Assembly (NCBI GenBank): GCA_964606855.1 | Contig: CAZSHM010000003.1 | Location: 9,172-73,171, forward strand | Reading direction: 5' to 3' | Length of the DNA: 64,000 nucleotides | From: an uncultured Peptococcaceae bacterium | GTDB taxonomy: Bacteria > Bacillota > Peptococcia > Peptococcales > Peptococcaceae | In this document: positions 8,216-18,201 of the stretch, one piece after another | How positions within the stretch are numbered: position 1 is the first letter of the stretch | Layout: each line of letters starts with the position of its first letter | Notes under the pieces: generated by a model | Database searches by the model: none | Seen by the model: the letters and a program-made list of their open reading frames with translations, nothing else | Told to the model about the DNA's origin: nothing | Position numbers and translations under genes: made by a program

Positions 8216-10120
8216 CTATTCCAGCGACAGTTCCAGCGCCTCCCACTGTTCGTACCACTGTGCTATGCGCTCCTCCAGCGCCCTGTACTCCGCAACCAGC
8301 TGCCGGCTCCGCTGTTCATCCTGATAGGTCGCACCGTCCGCCAGGAGGTCCGACAGTTCCGCGCTGCGCCGCTCCCCCTCCTGGATCTGCTCTTCCAGGG
8401 CGGCGATCTCCTGGCGCACCTTGGACTTATTGCGCTCCGGCTTGGCTTTCTCCCTGGTTTTCGGCCCGTTTTTCGCGGCGGCCCGGGCCGCCGCCTCCTC
8501 CTCCCGCTCGCGCGCGGCGCGCTCCAGCTCGTTCCGCTTCTGCCGATATTCGGTGTAGTTGCCGAGATATGCGGAGAATTTCCGATCCTCCAAGAGCAGA
8601 ATGCGGTTGCAGACCGCGTCCAGGAGATAGCGGTCGTGGGAGACCAGAACCACCGTTCCGGAGAACTCCGCCAGGAAGCGCTCGACGATCTCGCGGGATC
8701 GGATATCCAGATGGTTGGTCGGCTCGTCCATGAGCAGCAGATTCGGGGCGTCGAGCAGAATGCGCAGAAGCGCGACCCTGGCCTTCTCCCCGCCGCTCAG
8801 CTCGCCGATGCGCTTCTCCACATCCTCACCGAAGAACAGCATCTCCGCCAAGAGACTGCGCGCCTCGTGCAGGGTCACGTCGTAGTTGCGGACAATCTCA
8901 TCGATCACCTTCTTGGAGGGATCCAGCTGCCGGTGTTCCTGATCGTAGTAGGCGGGCCGCACGCGCGACCCGAAGCGTATGCTCCCGGACACAGGCTGCA
9001 GCTGCCCCATGAGGAGCTTCAGCAGCGTGGATTTGCCCACGCCGTTGCCGCCGATCAGCCCGATCTTATCGCCCTTGTAGACGGTGGCTGTCAGCCCTTC
9101 GAACAGGGGCTTGTCCGGATAGGCCATGGCCAGATCGCGGATCTCCAGCACCACATCCCCGGAATCCGCCACATCCTCCATCCGCAGCTGCAGGGACTTC
9201 TCGGTGCCCACGGCATCCAGGCGTTCCACGCGCGCCAGCTGTTTTTCACGGCCGCGGGCCTGCTTGGACTTCACGCCCGCCTTGTACCTGCGGATGTACG
9301 CCTCCGTGCGGGCGATCTCCGCCTGCTGCTTTTCATAGGCGCGCGTCTGTGCCAGCTCCTGCTCCGCCTTCAGCACCAGATAGCGGCTGTAGTTCCCGTT
9401 GTAGCTCTTCATGGTGTGGTGGGAGAGTTCCAGCGTGCGCGTCGTCACCTGATCGAGAAAATAGCGGTCGTGGGAGATCACCAGCACCGCGCCCCGGTAA
9501 TTCCGCAGATAGGTCTCCAGCCATTCCAGCGCTGCCAGATCCAGATGGTTCGTGGGCTCGTCCAGGAGCAGGAGATCGGGTTCGCGCACCAGCAATCTCG
9601 CCAGGGAAGCCCGCGTTTTCTCGCCTCCGCTGAAGTTCGCGATCTCCCGGCCCAGGTCGGCGTCCGTAAAGCCCAGCCCCTTGGCGATGCCCTTGGCGCG
9701 GCTCTCGCAGCTGAATCCGCCCAGATCCTCATAGCGGTGCGTCAGCCGGCTGTACTCCTCCAGAAGCTGTTCCAGGGCCTCGCCCTCCAGCCCGCCCATC
9801 TCCTGCTCCAGCTGCCGCAGCTGATCCCGCATGGCAAAAAGGTCGGCGAACATCTCCAGCACCGCGTCCAGAAGCGTGAACCCCGGCGCGAAATTGGGGA
9901 TCTGTTCCAGATACCCGATGCTGTGCCGCGCGGAGATGGACAGTTGCCCGGCGTCAAAGGACTCCTCCCCCGTGATGCAGCGGAAGAGCGTGGTCTTGCC
10001 CGCGCCGTTCGGCCCCACCAGACCGACTTTCTCTCCCTCCTGCACCGCGATCTCCACCCGGTCAAAGATCAGATCCGTGATATAGGATTTCCGCAAATTT
10101 TTCCCTTGCAAAATCAGCAA
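8216..10120 (-). CDS. ABC-F family ATPase (two NBDs, no TMD, C-terminal coiled coil)
   Basis: TTG start. There are two Walker A sites (GPNGAGKTT, GGNGVGKST) and two signatures (FSGGEKTR, LSGGEKAR). An inter-domain linker and a Glu/Arg/Lys-rich tail are present. Confidence 0.9.
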   Translation of the reverse strand: MLILQGKNLRKSYITDLIFDRVEIAVQEGEKVGLVGPNGAGKTTLFRCITGEESFDAGQLSISARHSIGYLEQIPNFAPGFTLLDAVLEMFADLFAMRDQLRQLEQEMGGLEGEALEQLLEEYSRLTHRYEDLGGFSCESRAKGIAKGLGFTDADLGREIANFSGGEKTRASLARLLVREPDLLLLDEPTNHLDLAALEWLETYLRNYRGAVLVISHDRYFLDQVTTRTLELSHHTMKSYNGNYSRYLVLKAEQELAQTRAYEKQQAEIARTEAYIRRYKAGVKSKQARGREKQLARVERLDAVGTEKSLQLRMEDVADSGDVVLEIRDLAMAYPDKPLFEGLTATVYKGDKIGLIGGNGVGKSTLLKLLMGQLQPVSGSIRFGSRVRPAYYDQEHRQLDPSKKVIDEIVRNYDVTLHEARSLLAEMLFFGEDVEKRIGELSGGEKARVALLRILLDAPNLLLMDEPTNHLDIRSREIVERFLAEFSGTVVLVSHDRYLLDAVCNRILLLEDRKFSAYLGNYTEYRQKRNELERAAREREEEAAARAAAKNGPKTREKAKPERNKSKVRQEIAALEEQIQEGERRSAELSDLLADGATYQDEQRSRQLVAEYRALEERIAQWYEQWEALELSLE

Positions 10121-10292
10121 GCGCGCTCACCTACCCGTTCTGCCCGCGCAGCCTTCCGCGCGGGACGCTGCGCTCTTTTGCCGTTTTTCTTCCGCCGCGC
10201 CCGGTTTCGCAGCGCGCCCGGCCTCGTGCCTTTCTCTCCGACCCGTGCCTTTCTCTCCAATTTGAAATCGCCGCGCAGCCGGCGGCTGCCGG

Positions 10293-13200
10293 CTAAAACA
10301 GCTGCAGCTGATCCGTCTCGGGCAAATCCTCCAGCACGCCGTGCCGCTCCAATGTCTCCAGGATGGCCTTCCCGACTTTGCCGCGCTGCGCCAGATCCTC
10401 CACCGAGGTAAACATCCGCTCCCCGCGCGCCTCCACGATCGCGCAAGCCACGGACTGCCCCAGACCCGGCAGCGCCGTGAAGGGCGGGATCAGGCAGTCG
10501 CCCGACACGCGGAAGCGGTCCGCGTCGGACTCCCGCAGGCTGACGCGGGCGCAGCGGAATCCGCGCTGGTACATCTCCAGCGCCAGCTCCAGCACCACCT
10601 GCGCCTTCTTGTCCTTTTCGGAGGCATCGCTTCCCAGAGCCCTGAGATTCTTCAGCTGCGCCTCGATCTCCTCCAGCCCCCGGCTGATGCGCGTGGCGTC
10701 GAAGTCCTCCGCGCGCACCGTGAAGACGGCGGCGTAAAAGGCCAGCGGATGGTAGACTTTAAACCACGCGATGCGGAACGCCATCATCACATAGGCCACC
10801 GCATGGGCCTTGGGAAAGAGATACTTCACTTTTTTGCAGGAATCGATGTACCAGTCCGGCACCTGCATCTCCCGCATGTAGCGCTCCTCCTCCGGGTGCA
10901 GTCCGCGCCCCTTGCGCACACGCTCCATGATCTTAAACGCGCGGCTCGCATCCAGCCCCTTTTGAATCAGATAGAGCATGATATCGTCGCGGCAGCCGAT
11001 GACCTCGGAGATGCCCGCCGTGCCGCTCAGGATCAGATCCTGCGCGTTTCCCACCCAGACGCCCGTCCCGTGGGAAAACCCACTGATGCGCACCAGATCG
11101 GAGAACTGCTTCGGCTTGACATCCACCAGCATCTGGCGCGTAAACTTGGTGCCGAACTCCGGGATCCCGTAGGTTCCCACCTCGGTGCCGATCTGCTCCG
11201 GCGTGACCCCCAGCGCGTCGGTGCCGGAAAAGATCGACATCGTGCGCTGCTCATCCAGCGGGATATCCTGGTATTTGCAGCCGGTCATATCCTCCAGCAT
11301 GCGGATGATCGTGGGATTATCATGCCCCAGGATATCCAGTTTCACCAGGCGGTCGTGGATCTGTTCGTAGGTGAAGTGCGTGGTCACGGTGCCCTTCGTG
11401 GTATCGTCGGCCGGGATCTGCAACGGCGTAAAATCGTGGACATCCGTGCCCTTGGGGATCACCATCAGGCCGCCGGGATGCTGTCCCGTCGTGCGGCAGA
11501 CGCCGGTGAAGCCCAGCGCCAGCCGCTCGATCTCCGCCTGCCGCCTGTGCAGATTGCGCTCCTCCAGATAGTGGACGACATAGCCTTGGGCCGTCTTCTC
11601 CGCGAAGGTCTGAAACGTCCCGGCGCGGAAGACATTGTCCTTGCCGAAGAGCTCCTCCGTGTAGGCGTGCGCGCGCGCCTGGTAGACCCCGGAAAAGTTC
11701 AGGTCGATATCGGGCACTTTGTCGCCCTTAAAGCCGAGAAAGGTCTCAAACGGGATATTGTGCCCGTCCTTCACCATCGGGGTGCCGCATCGCGCACAGA
11801 TCCGATCCGGCATATCCGCGCCGTCGCTGTACGTGCCGTCGTCCACAAAGATCGTGTGGTAGCAGTGCGGGCAGCGATAGTGCGGCGGCAGGGAGTTGAC
11901 CTCGGTGATGCCCGTCATGTGGGCCACAAAGGAAGAGCCGACCGAGCCGCGGGAGCCGACCAGGTAGCCGTCGTCGTTGGATTTCTTCACCAGTTTGTGC
12001 GCGATGAGATAGAGCACCGCGAAGCCGTTGCCGATGATCGAGTGCAGCTCCTTGTCAATGCGCCGCTGCACCAGATCCGGCAGATCCGGCCCATAGAGGG
12101 CGTGCGCGCCCCGGTAGGTCAGCGCGCGGATCTCCTCCTCCGCGCCGACGATCTCCGGCGAATGCAGCCCGTCCGGCACCGGCTTCAGCTTTTCGAAGTC
12201 GGCGATGATCTTTTTTGGATTCTCGATCACGATCTCCCGCGCCGCCTCCGGCGGAAAATAATCGAACTCCGCCAGCATCTCCTCCGTGCTTCGGTAATAG
12301 AGCGCCGCCTGCTGATCGGCGTCCTCGTACTTTTTCCCCGCCATCAGAATGGCCCGGTAGATCTTGTCCTCCCGGTTGGCAAAATGCACGTCTCCCGTGG
12401 CCACCACGGGTTTGCCCAGCTCCTGCCCCAGCGCGTAGAGGTCCAGATTGAGCTGTTTCAGCTCCTCCGGCGAGGAGAAGGTCCCTTCGCGCAGCAGAAA
12501 CGCGTTGTTGCAGAGGGGCTGCACCTCCAGATAGTCGTAGAATGCGGCGGCGCGCACCATCGTCTCGTGGTCCTTTCCGCTCCGGATATAGGCCTGCACC
12601 ACTTCCCCCGCCTCACAGGCACTGCCGATGACCAGATTCTCCCGCACCGCCGCCAGCAGTCGCTTGGGGATGCGCGGCCGCCGGTAGAAAAAGTTGAGAT
12701 TGGACTCGGTCACCAGCTGGTAGAGCGCCTTGAGCCCGGCCTTGTTCCGGGCTAGGATGATGCAGTGGTACGTGCGCTGCGCCTCCTTGGGGAGATTGTC
12801 GTCGAAGAGATATCCCTCCAGCCCGTAGATGATTTTGACGCCGTACGCCTCGCCGGCCTGGTAGGCTTCGGGGAAGGCGCGCACCACGCCGTGATCCGTG
12901 ACGGCGATGGCCTCATGCCCCATCTCCGCAGCCAGCCGCACCAGATCGGCCACATCACAGAGCGCGTCGTTCGCGCTCATGTTGGTGTGCAGATGCAGCT
13001 CCACCCGCTTGTCGGGGGCGGTGTCCGTCCGTCGCGGGAGTTCCGCCGGGAGGATATCGCTCGCGAGCAGCGTCAGTTCCCTGGCATAGCTGTCCTCCCG
13101 CGTGCTGCCCCGCACCCGCAGTGCCCTGGCCTCCTGCAGGCGCTCCCGGAGCGGAGCGATCTCCCCCGGAGGGCGGATCACCTTGCAGGTGATGGAGTCC

Positions 13201-13982
13201 CGCTCGTCGGTCAGCTTAAAGGTCAGCAGTTGTTTCCCGTTCCGCAGGTCCCGCACATCGACGCCAAAGCAGCGCCCCTCGATGACGACGGCCTTCTCCT
13301 CCTCCTGCAGCGATTCGATCGCGCGCGGCGCTTCCTTGATGCGCCTGCCGAGCAGAATTTCCCTCTCCCTCTCCTTCTCGGTGCGCCCGGTGCCGGATGC
13401 GCCGCCGGAAGAGGGACGAGCGGGCGCAGAGGTCTCCGCGGCGGGCAGCGCGGGAGATTCCGGCTCTCTGCGCAGCGCGTCCAGATCCGGCCGCAGCGAG
13501 GGATCACAGCGGAGCTCCACCGTCATCTTCCGCTGCAGGATCTCCTCCAGGAGGGCGCCGGCCTCCAGCGGAAACCGCATCTGCCGCAAGAAGCGCACCC
13601 CCGCGGGCTGGCCGATGTAGATCGCCAGCCGATCGTCCGCGAGTTCCCACCAGCTCCGGTAGAGCCATCCGCCGATCGCCGGATGCCGCTGCTCCAGCAT
13701 GGCAAGAAACAGCGGGAAATGTTCCGACAGAAAAGCCTCCGCCGGCAGCGGCTCCGCCGGCTGCACCAGCAGCAGCACCCCTTCGGCCTGCGGCATATTC
13801 CGCGAAAAAAAGTCCCTGCACTGCGCGTAGAGCTCCGGATCCGGCAACTGCCGGCAGGCGAGCAGGATCTCACAGAGATGCCGCGTCTCGGAGACCGTGA
13901 TCTTGCGGATGCTGGCCGTCTCCAGAAACGCCCGCACCTGCGGATCGGGCTGTGCAATCATCGCTCTGTAGTCCAACTCCAC
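10293..13982 (-). CDS. polC: PolC-type DNA polymerase III alpha subunit lacking the DEDDh exonuclease insert
   Basis: GTG start with GGAGAGGAG 9 nt upstream. PHP motifs ELHLHTNMS and VTDHG, Zn module CPHC...CARC, and GSRGSVGSS, VPDIDLNF, TTGQHPGG, KLDILGHD, KAHAVAYV. The protein is 1229 aa, against roughly 1430 aa for canonical PolC. Confidence 0.9.
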   Translation of the reverse strand: MELDYRAMIAQPDPQVRAFLETASIRKITVSETRHLCEILLACRQLPDPELYAQCRDFFSRNMPQAEGVLLLVQPAEPLPAEAFLSEHFPLFLAMLEQRHPAIGGWLYRSWWELADDRLAIYIGQPAGVRFLRQMRFPLEAGALLEEILQRKMTVELRCDPSLRPDLDALRREPESPALPAAETSAPARPSSGGASGTGRTEKEREREILLGRRIKEAPRAIESLQEEEKAVVIEGRCFGVDVRDLRNGKQLLTFKLTDERDSITCKVIRPPGEIAPLRERLQEARALRVRGSTREDSYARELTLLASDILPAELPRRTDTAPDKRVELHLHTNMSANDALCDVADLVRLAAEMGHEAIAVTDHGVVRAFPEAYQAGEAYGVKIIYGLEGYLFDDNLPKEAQRTYHCIILARNKAGLKALYQLVTESNLNFFYRRPRIPKRLLAAVRENLVIGSACEAGEVVQAYIRSGKDHETMVRAAAFYDYLEVQPLCNNAFLLREGTFSSPEELKQLNLDLYALGQELGKPVVATGDVHFANREDKIYRAILMAGKKYEDADQQAALYYRSTEEMLAEFDYFPPEAAREIVIENPKKIIADFEKLKPVPDGLHSPEIVGAEEEIRALTYRGAHALYGPDLPDLVQRRIDKELHSIIGNGFAVLYLIAHKLVKKSNDDGYLVGSRGSVGSSFVAHMTGITEVNSLPPHYRCPHCYHTIFVDDGTYSDGADMPDRICARCGTPMVKDGHNIPFETFLGFKGDKVPDIDLNFSGVYQARAHAYTEELFGKDNVFRAGTFQTFAEKTAQGYVVHYLEERNLHRRQAEIERLALGFTGVCRTTGQHPGGLMVIPKGTDVHDFTPLQIPADDTTKGTVTTHFTYEQIHDRLVKLDILGHDNPTIIRMLEDMTGCKYQDIPLDEQRTMSIFSGTDALGVTPEQIGTEVGTYGIPEFGTKFTRQMLVDVKPKQFSDLVRISGFSHGTGVWVGNAQDLILSGTAGISEVIGCRDDIMLYLIQKGLDASRAFKIMERVRKGRGLHPEEERYMREMQVPDWYIDSCKKVKYLFPKAHAVAYVMMAFRIAWFKVYHPLAFYAAVFTVRAEDFDATRISRGLEEIEAQLKNLRALGSDASEKDKKAQVVLELALEMYQRGFRCARVSLRESDADRFRVSGDCLIPPFTALPGLGQSVACAIVEARGERMFTSVEDLAQRGKVGKAILETLERHGVLEDLPETDQLQLF

Positions 13983-14046
13983 AATCTCTCACTCCTCTCC
14001 GGATCCTGCGCTGCCTTCCGTTTTCCCCGATTCCGCCGGCGGACGT

Positions 14047-15750
14047 TCAGGAGAAGATCTCCTCCGCGACCTTCTCCACGACCGCATCCAGCGGCACCAG
14101 CTCACTGGAGGCGGACGCGCGCGGCTTGTACTCGATCAGGCGCTCCTCCACGGCCTTTTTTCCCACCGTCAGCCGCAGGGGGCAGCCGATGAGATCCGCG
14201 TCTTTGAACTTGACGCCCGGCCGCTCGTTGCGGTCATCCAAGAGCACCTCGACGCCGCGCCGCCGCAGCGCCCGGTACAGCTCCTCCGCCAGCGCCATCT
14301 GCCCGGGATCCCTGGCGGAAACCGGCACCAGCGACACATGGTACGGCGCGATGCTCTTGGGCCAGAGGATGCCGTCCTCGTCGTGGTACTGCTCCACCAC
14401 GGCGGCCATGGTGCGGCTGACGCCGATGCCGTAGCAGCCCATGTGGATGACCTGGGACTTTCCGTTCTCATCCAGATAGTTGGCGCCCATCTTCGCGCTG
14501 TACTTGGTGCCCAGCTTGAAGATCTGCCCCACTTCGATGCCGCGCGCGCTGGAGAGCGCATGTCCGCACTTGGGGCAGGCCTCCCCCTCCCGCAGCATGC
14601 GCAAATCAAAGTAGCCGTCCACCTGGAAGTCGCGGCCTGGGTTGACGTGGATATAGTGATAGCTCTCCTCGTTGGCGCCGCAGACCAGGTTGCGCATCTG
14701 CTCCACCGCGAGATCCGCGTAGATTTTCACCCCCCGGAGCCCTACCGGTCCCAGGGAGCCGAACCCGCACCCGAGGAGGCGCACCACGTCCGCCTCCTCG
14801 GCCATCTCCAGCGACAGGCAAGGGTGCACCCGCTGCACCTTGACCTCGTTGACTTCGTGGTCGCCGCGCGCCAGCACGCAGATCAGCTCGTCATCGGCCC
14901 GGAAGAACAAAGTCTTGATGCATTTCTCCGCCGGCACACGGAGATAGTTTCCGACCGCCTCGATCGTCTTGGAATCCGGCGTGTACACCTTCTCCAGTTC
15001 CAGCGGCGCTTCCGCCGTGCCCTCCTCCGGAGGCGGGCACGGCGCGATCTCGAGATTGGCGGCATATCCGCACGCATCGCAGTAGACGATCGTGTTCTCC
15101 CCGATGTCCGCCAGGGCGGTGAACTCGTGGGTCTGGCTGTCGCCGATCGCGCCGCCGTCCGCCTCGATAGGGCGATATTTCAGCCCGCAGCGGTCAAAGA
15201 TGTTGCTGTAGGCGCGGTACATATCCTGGTAGCAAGCCTCCAGCCCCTCGGCGTCGCGGTCGAAGGAGTACATATCTTTCATGATGAACTCGCGCCCGCG
15301 GATCAGTCCGAACCGGGGGCGCTTTTCATCGCGGTACTTGTTCTGGATCTGATAGAGGCGCAGCGGCAGCTGGCGGTAGGAATTCACCTCGCCGCGCACC
15401 AGGTCAGTGACGATCTCCTCGTGCGTGGGACCCAGGCAGAACTGGCGCTCGTGGCGGTCGGTGACCTTGAACATCTCCTCGCCGTAGGCGTTCCAGCGCC
15501 CCGTCTCCAGCCACAGCTCGGCCGGCTGCAGAATCGGCATCAAGAGCTCCTGGCAGCCGGCGGCGTCCATCTCCTCGCGCACGATGGCCTCGATCTTGTC
15601 CAGCACCCGCTTGCCCAAGGGCAGATAGTGGTACAGGCCCGCGGCGTTCTTGCGGATGAAGCCCGCGCGCACCAAAAGCTGCTGGCTCACGGTATCGGCC
15701 TCCGCCGGCGTGTCCCGCAGCGTCGTGATAAAAGCTTTGCTCATTCTCAT
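14047..15750 (-). CDS. proS: proline--tRNA ligase (bacterial type with editing domain)
   Basis: [34 protein letters not shown]..., of class II aaRS ProS length, in conserved synteny upstream of polC. Confidence 0.95.
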   Translation of the reverse strand: MRMSKAFITTLRDTPAEADTVSQQLLVRAGFIRKNAAGLYHYLPLGKRVLDKIEAIVREEMDAAGCQELLMPILQPAELWLETGRWNAYGEEMFKVTDRHERQFCLGPTHEEIVTDLVRGEVNSYRQLPLRLYQIQNKYRDEKRPRFGLIRGREFIMKDMYSFDRDAEGLEACYQDMYRAYSNIFDRCGLKYRPIEADGGAIGDSQTHEFTALADIGENTIVYCDACGYAANLEIAPCPPPEEGTAEAPLELEKVYTPDSKTIEAVGNYLRVPAEKCIKTLFFRADDELICVLARGDHEVNEVKVQRVHPCLSLEMAEEADVVRLLGCGFGSLGPVGLRGVKIYADLAVEQMRNLVCGANEESYHYIHVNPGRDFQVDGYFDLRMLREGEACPKCGHALSSARGIEVGQIFKLGTKYSAKMGANYLDENGKSQVIHMGCYGIGVSRTMAAVVEQYHDEDGILWPKSIAPYHVSLVPVSARDPGQMALAEELYRALRRRGVEVLLDDRNERPGVKFKDADLIGCPLRLTVGKKAVEERLIEYKPRASASSELVPLDAVVEKVAEEIFS

Positions 15751-15840
15751 ACGATTTGCTCTCTCCCTCGTAGTATTTTCCGGGCGGCCACCGGACGCGC
15801 CGCGCCGGAAGGAGTCCGCGCCGGTTCCGCACCGGCAGGT

Positions 15841-16914
15841 TCACGCATCGAGCAGCGCCTCCAGCTCCTCGCGGAAGGCATCCAGGAGCGACGCCTCCGG
15901 CACCCTGCGCACGATCTCCCCTCTGCGGAAGAGGATTCCCTCCCCTTTGCCGCCGGCGATGCCCAGGTCAGCTTCCCGCGCCTCTCCCGGCCCGTTCACC
16001 GCACAGCCCATCACCGCCAGCTTCAGCGGCCGCCGCGGCCGGTCCGCCGTCAGCTCGTCCACCAGCTGCTCCACCTGTTCCACCAGGCGCTCCAGCGGGA
16101 TCTGTGTGCGGCCGCAGGTGGGGCAGGAGATGATCTCCACCCCTCCGGGGCAGAGCCCCAGCGCCTGAAGGATCTGCCGCGCCACCGGGATCTCCTGCAG
16201 CGGATCCCCGGTCAGGGATACGCGGATCGTATCCCCGATGCCCTCCGCCAGGAGCGTGCCGATGCCCACCGCCGATTTCACGACCCCGTAGTGCGCGCTG
16301 CCCGCCTCCGTCACACCCAGGTGGAGCGGATAGGGGACGCGCGGCGCGATCTGCCGGTACGCGTCCAGCATCAGCGGCACGTCCGAAGCCTTGAGGGAGA
16401 TCTTGATCTGCGAAAAATCCAGCTCCTCCAGCAGCCGCACATGGCGCAGCGCGCTCTCCACCATGGCCTCCGCCGTGGGATGCCGGTATCGCTGCAGCAG
16501 ATCCTTCTCCAGAGAGCCGGCGTTGACGCCGATGCGGATGGGCACCCCCAGCCCCTTGGCCTTGGCCACAACCTCCCGCACATTCCGCGCGCCGCCGATG
16601 TTGCCCGGGTTGATGCGCAGCGCCGCGATGCCGTGATCCATGGCCAGCAGCGCCAGCCGGTGATTGAAGTGGATGTCGGCGATCACGGGGAGCGGGCTGG
16701 CGGCACAGATCTCCCGCAGCGCCAGCGCGGCCTCCTCGTCGGGCACCGCCACCCGCACCAGCTGACAGCCCGCCCGGGCCAGCCGCCGGATCTGGTCCAA
16801 GGTCGCCGCCGCGTTCCGGGTATCCGTGTTGGTCATGGACTGGATACTGACCGGAAAGTCGGATCCCACGCCCACGGAGCCGATCTGAAAATTTGTCGTC
16901 TTTCTCCTCTGCAC
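15841..16914 (-). CDS. ispG: 4-hydroxy-3-methylbut-2-enyl diphosphate synthase (flavodoxin)
   Basis: QRRKTTNFQIGSVGVGSDFPVSIQSMTNTDT... The preferred start is GTG at 16914, with GGGGAGG 9 nt upstream. An alternative ATG at 17013 abuts the rseP stop and would add about 33 aa. Confidence 0.85.
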   Translation of the reverse strand: MQRRKTTNFQIGSVGVGSDFPVSIQSMTNTDTRNAAATLDQIRRLARAGCQLVRVAVPDEEAALALREICAASPLPVIADIHFNHRLALLAMDHGIAALRINPGNIGGARNVREVVAKAKGLGVPIRIGVNAGSLEKDLLQRYRHPTAEAMVESALRHVRLLEELDFSQIKISLKASDVPLMLDAYRQIAPRVPYPLHLGVTEAGSAHYGVVKSAVGIGTLLAEGIGDTIRVSLTGDPLQEIPVARQILQALGLCPGGVEIISCPTCGRTQIPLERLVEQVEQLVDELTADRPRRPLKLAVMGCAVNGPGEAREADLGIAGGKGEGILFRRGEIVRRVPEASLLDAFREELEALLDA

Positions 16915-17014
16915 AGAGCGCAACCTCCCCCGCAAGTCTATTCTCTGCCTGCCGCACACGCACACAGATCCGATGCGTGCTCCCGCTGCCGCATCCACAA
17001 GGCGGCGGTGCATA

Positions 17015-18100
17015 TCAGGGCGAAAAGAGCCGCACGATGTCCTTGTAAGTGACCAGCACGATCAGGAGCATCAGCAGGGAGAACCCGATCAGGTTGGCGT
17101 AGCCCTCCTTCTGCGGATCGATCGGTCTGCCCCGCACGCCCTCGATCAGAAGGAAGATCAGCTTGCTGCCGTCCAGAGAGGGAATCGGCAGCAGATTGAT
17201 GACCGCCAGATTCAGCGAGAGCACCGCCGCCAGATTGAACACATAGATCCAGCCGGCCTTGGTCGACTCGTCGATGATCCGCACGATCCCCACCGGACCG
17301 GTCAGGCCCTGCTCGTCGTCGAAAAGATCGATTTTTCCGGTGAACAGGTCCCCCAGCACATCCACCATGGTCACCGTCATCTCCCAGGTGGTCTGGGCGC
17401 CCAGAACCAGGCTCCGGATCGGGCCGACCGCCTGGCGCGTTGCCGTGGCCGCGTAGATACCCAGGATGCTCTTGCCGCCGTCCTCGCTCGCCACCGGCGT
17501 CACCTGCACCGTGAACCGGCTGCCGTCGCGCTCCGCCGTCACCGCCAGCGGCTCCTCCTGAGAGGCATCGCCGACCAGGAGGGTCAGATCTTCCCAGGTG
17601 GATACGCTCTGCCCGTTGATGGCCACGATGCGGTCGCCCGCCGCAAGCCCAGCCGCCTCGGCGGGGCCGCCCTCCATCACCGCGGAGAGCGTCGTGTCGG
17701 GATTCTCGATGGGCACAGCCAGCCCCAGCACCAGGTACATCCCGGCAAAGATGAGGATCGCCGTCAGCACATTCATGAACGAGCCGGCGCTGGCAAAGAT
17801 CATCCGCTGCCACACCGGGCGGTTCTGATAGCGCCGCTCCTCCGGCACCTCGACCGCGTCCGCGCCGCTGTGCGCCTCCTCCTCGACATCCTCCCCCAGA
17901 ACGCGCACATACCCGCCCACCGGCAAGAGCCGCAGGGAGTAGCGCGTCTCGCCCCAGCGCCTGGAGCAGATCTGCGGCCCCATCCCGATGCTGAACTCTT
18001 CAACATACATGCCGGAGAGCTTTGCAGAGAGAAAATGGCCGAACTCATGCACCGTCACCAAGAGCGCGAAGATCAAAATCGCTACGATCGCAGTCAGCAT
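17015..18100 (-). CDS. rseP: RIP metalloprotease RseP/RasP (site-2 protease, M50)
   Basis: HEFGH zinc motif in TM1, PDZ-like middle region, NLLPIPSLDG motif. Confidence 0.92.
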   Translation of the reverse strand: MLTAIVAILIFALLVTVHEFGHFLSAKLSGMYVEEFSIGMGPQICSRRWGETRYSLRLLPVGGYVRVLGEDVEEEAHSGADAVEVPEERRYQNRPVWQRMIFASAGSFMNVLTAILIFAGMYLVLGLAVPIENPDTTLSAVMEGGPAEAAGLAAGDRIVAINGQSVSTWEDLTLLVGDASQEEPLAVTAERDGSRFTVQVTPVASEDGGKSILGIYAATATRQAVGPIRSLVLGAQTTWEMTVTMVDVLGDLFTGKIDLFDDEQGLTGPVGIVRIIDESTKAGWIYVFNLAAVLSLNLAVINLLPIPSLDGSKLIFLLIEGVRGRPIDPQKEGYANLIGFSLLMLLIVLVTYKDIVRLFSP

Positions 18101-18201
18101 ATTTCACACTCCTCACCAGCCCGAAGGCCGGATATACTGAAAATCCGCTTGACGTCCGCATCTGCCGGAGGCGCGCCCGCGCGGCGCCGCCCCGGCAGGC
18201 C

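Noticed and set aside
8216-10120. ABC-F protein as an antibiotic-resistance (ARE) factor
   Set aside because: Its length, its ordinary-length inter-domain linker and its housekeeping context fit a Uup/YdiF-type ABC-F. Nothing in the sequence specifically indicates an extended ARE-type linker, and this cannot be resolved without phylogeny.
7691-10411. 906-aa plus-strand ORF, with similar giants at 10341..12755, 14338..17052, 26793..28934, 45841..48177, 48425..50113, 41622..43361, 31164..32831, 23244..25016 and 3439..5058
   Set aside because: Each lies antisense to a gene with unmistakable conserved motifs. Their translations are Arg/Pro/Gly/His/Gln-rich low-complexity strings with no recognisable domains. 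These are classic shadow ORFs of GC-rich DNA.
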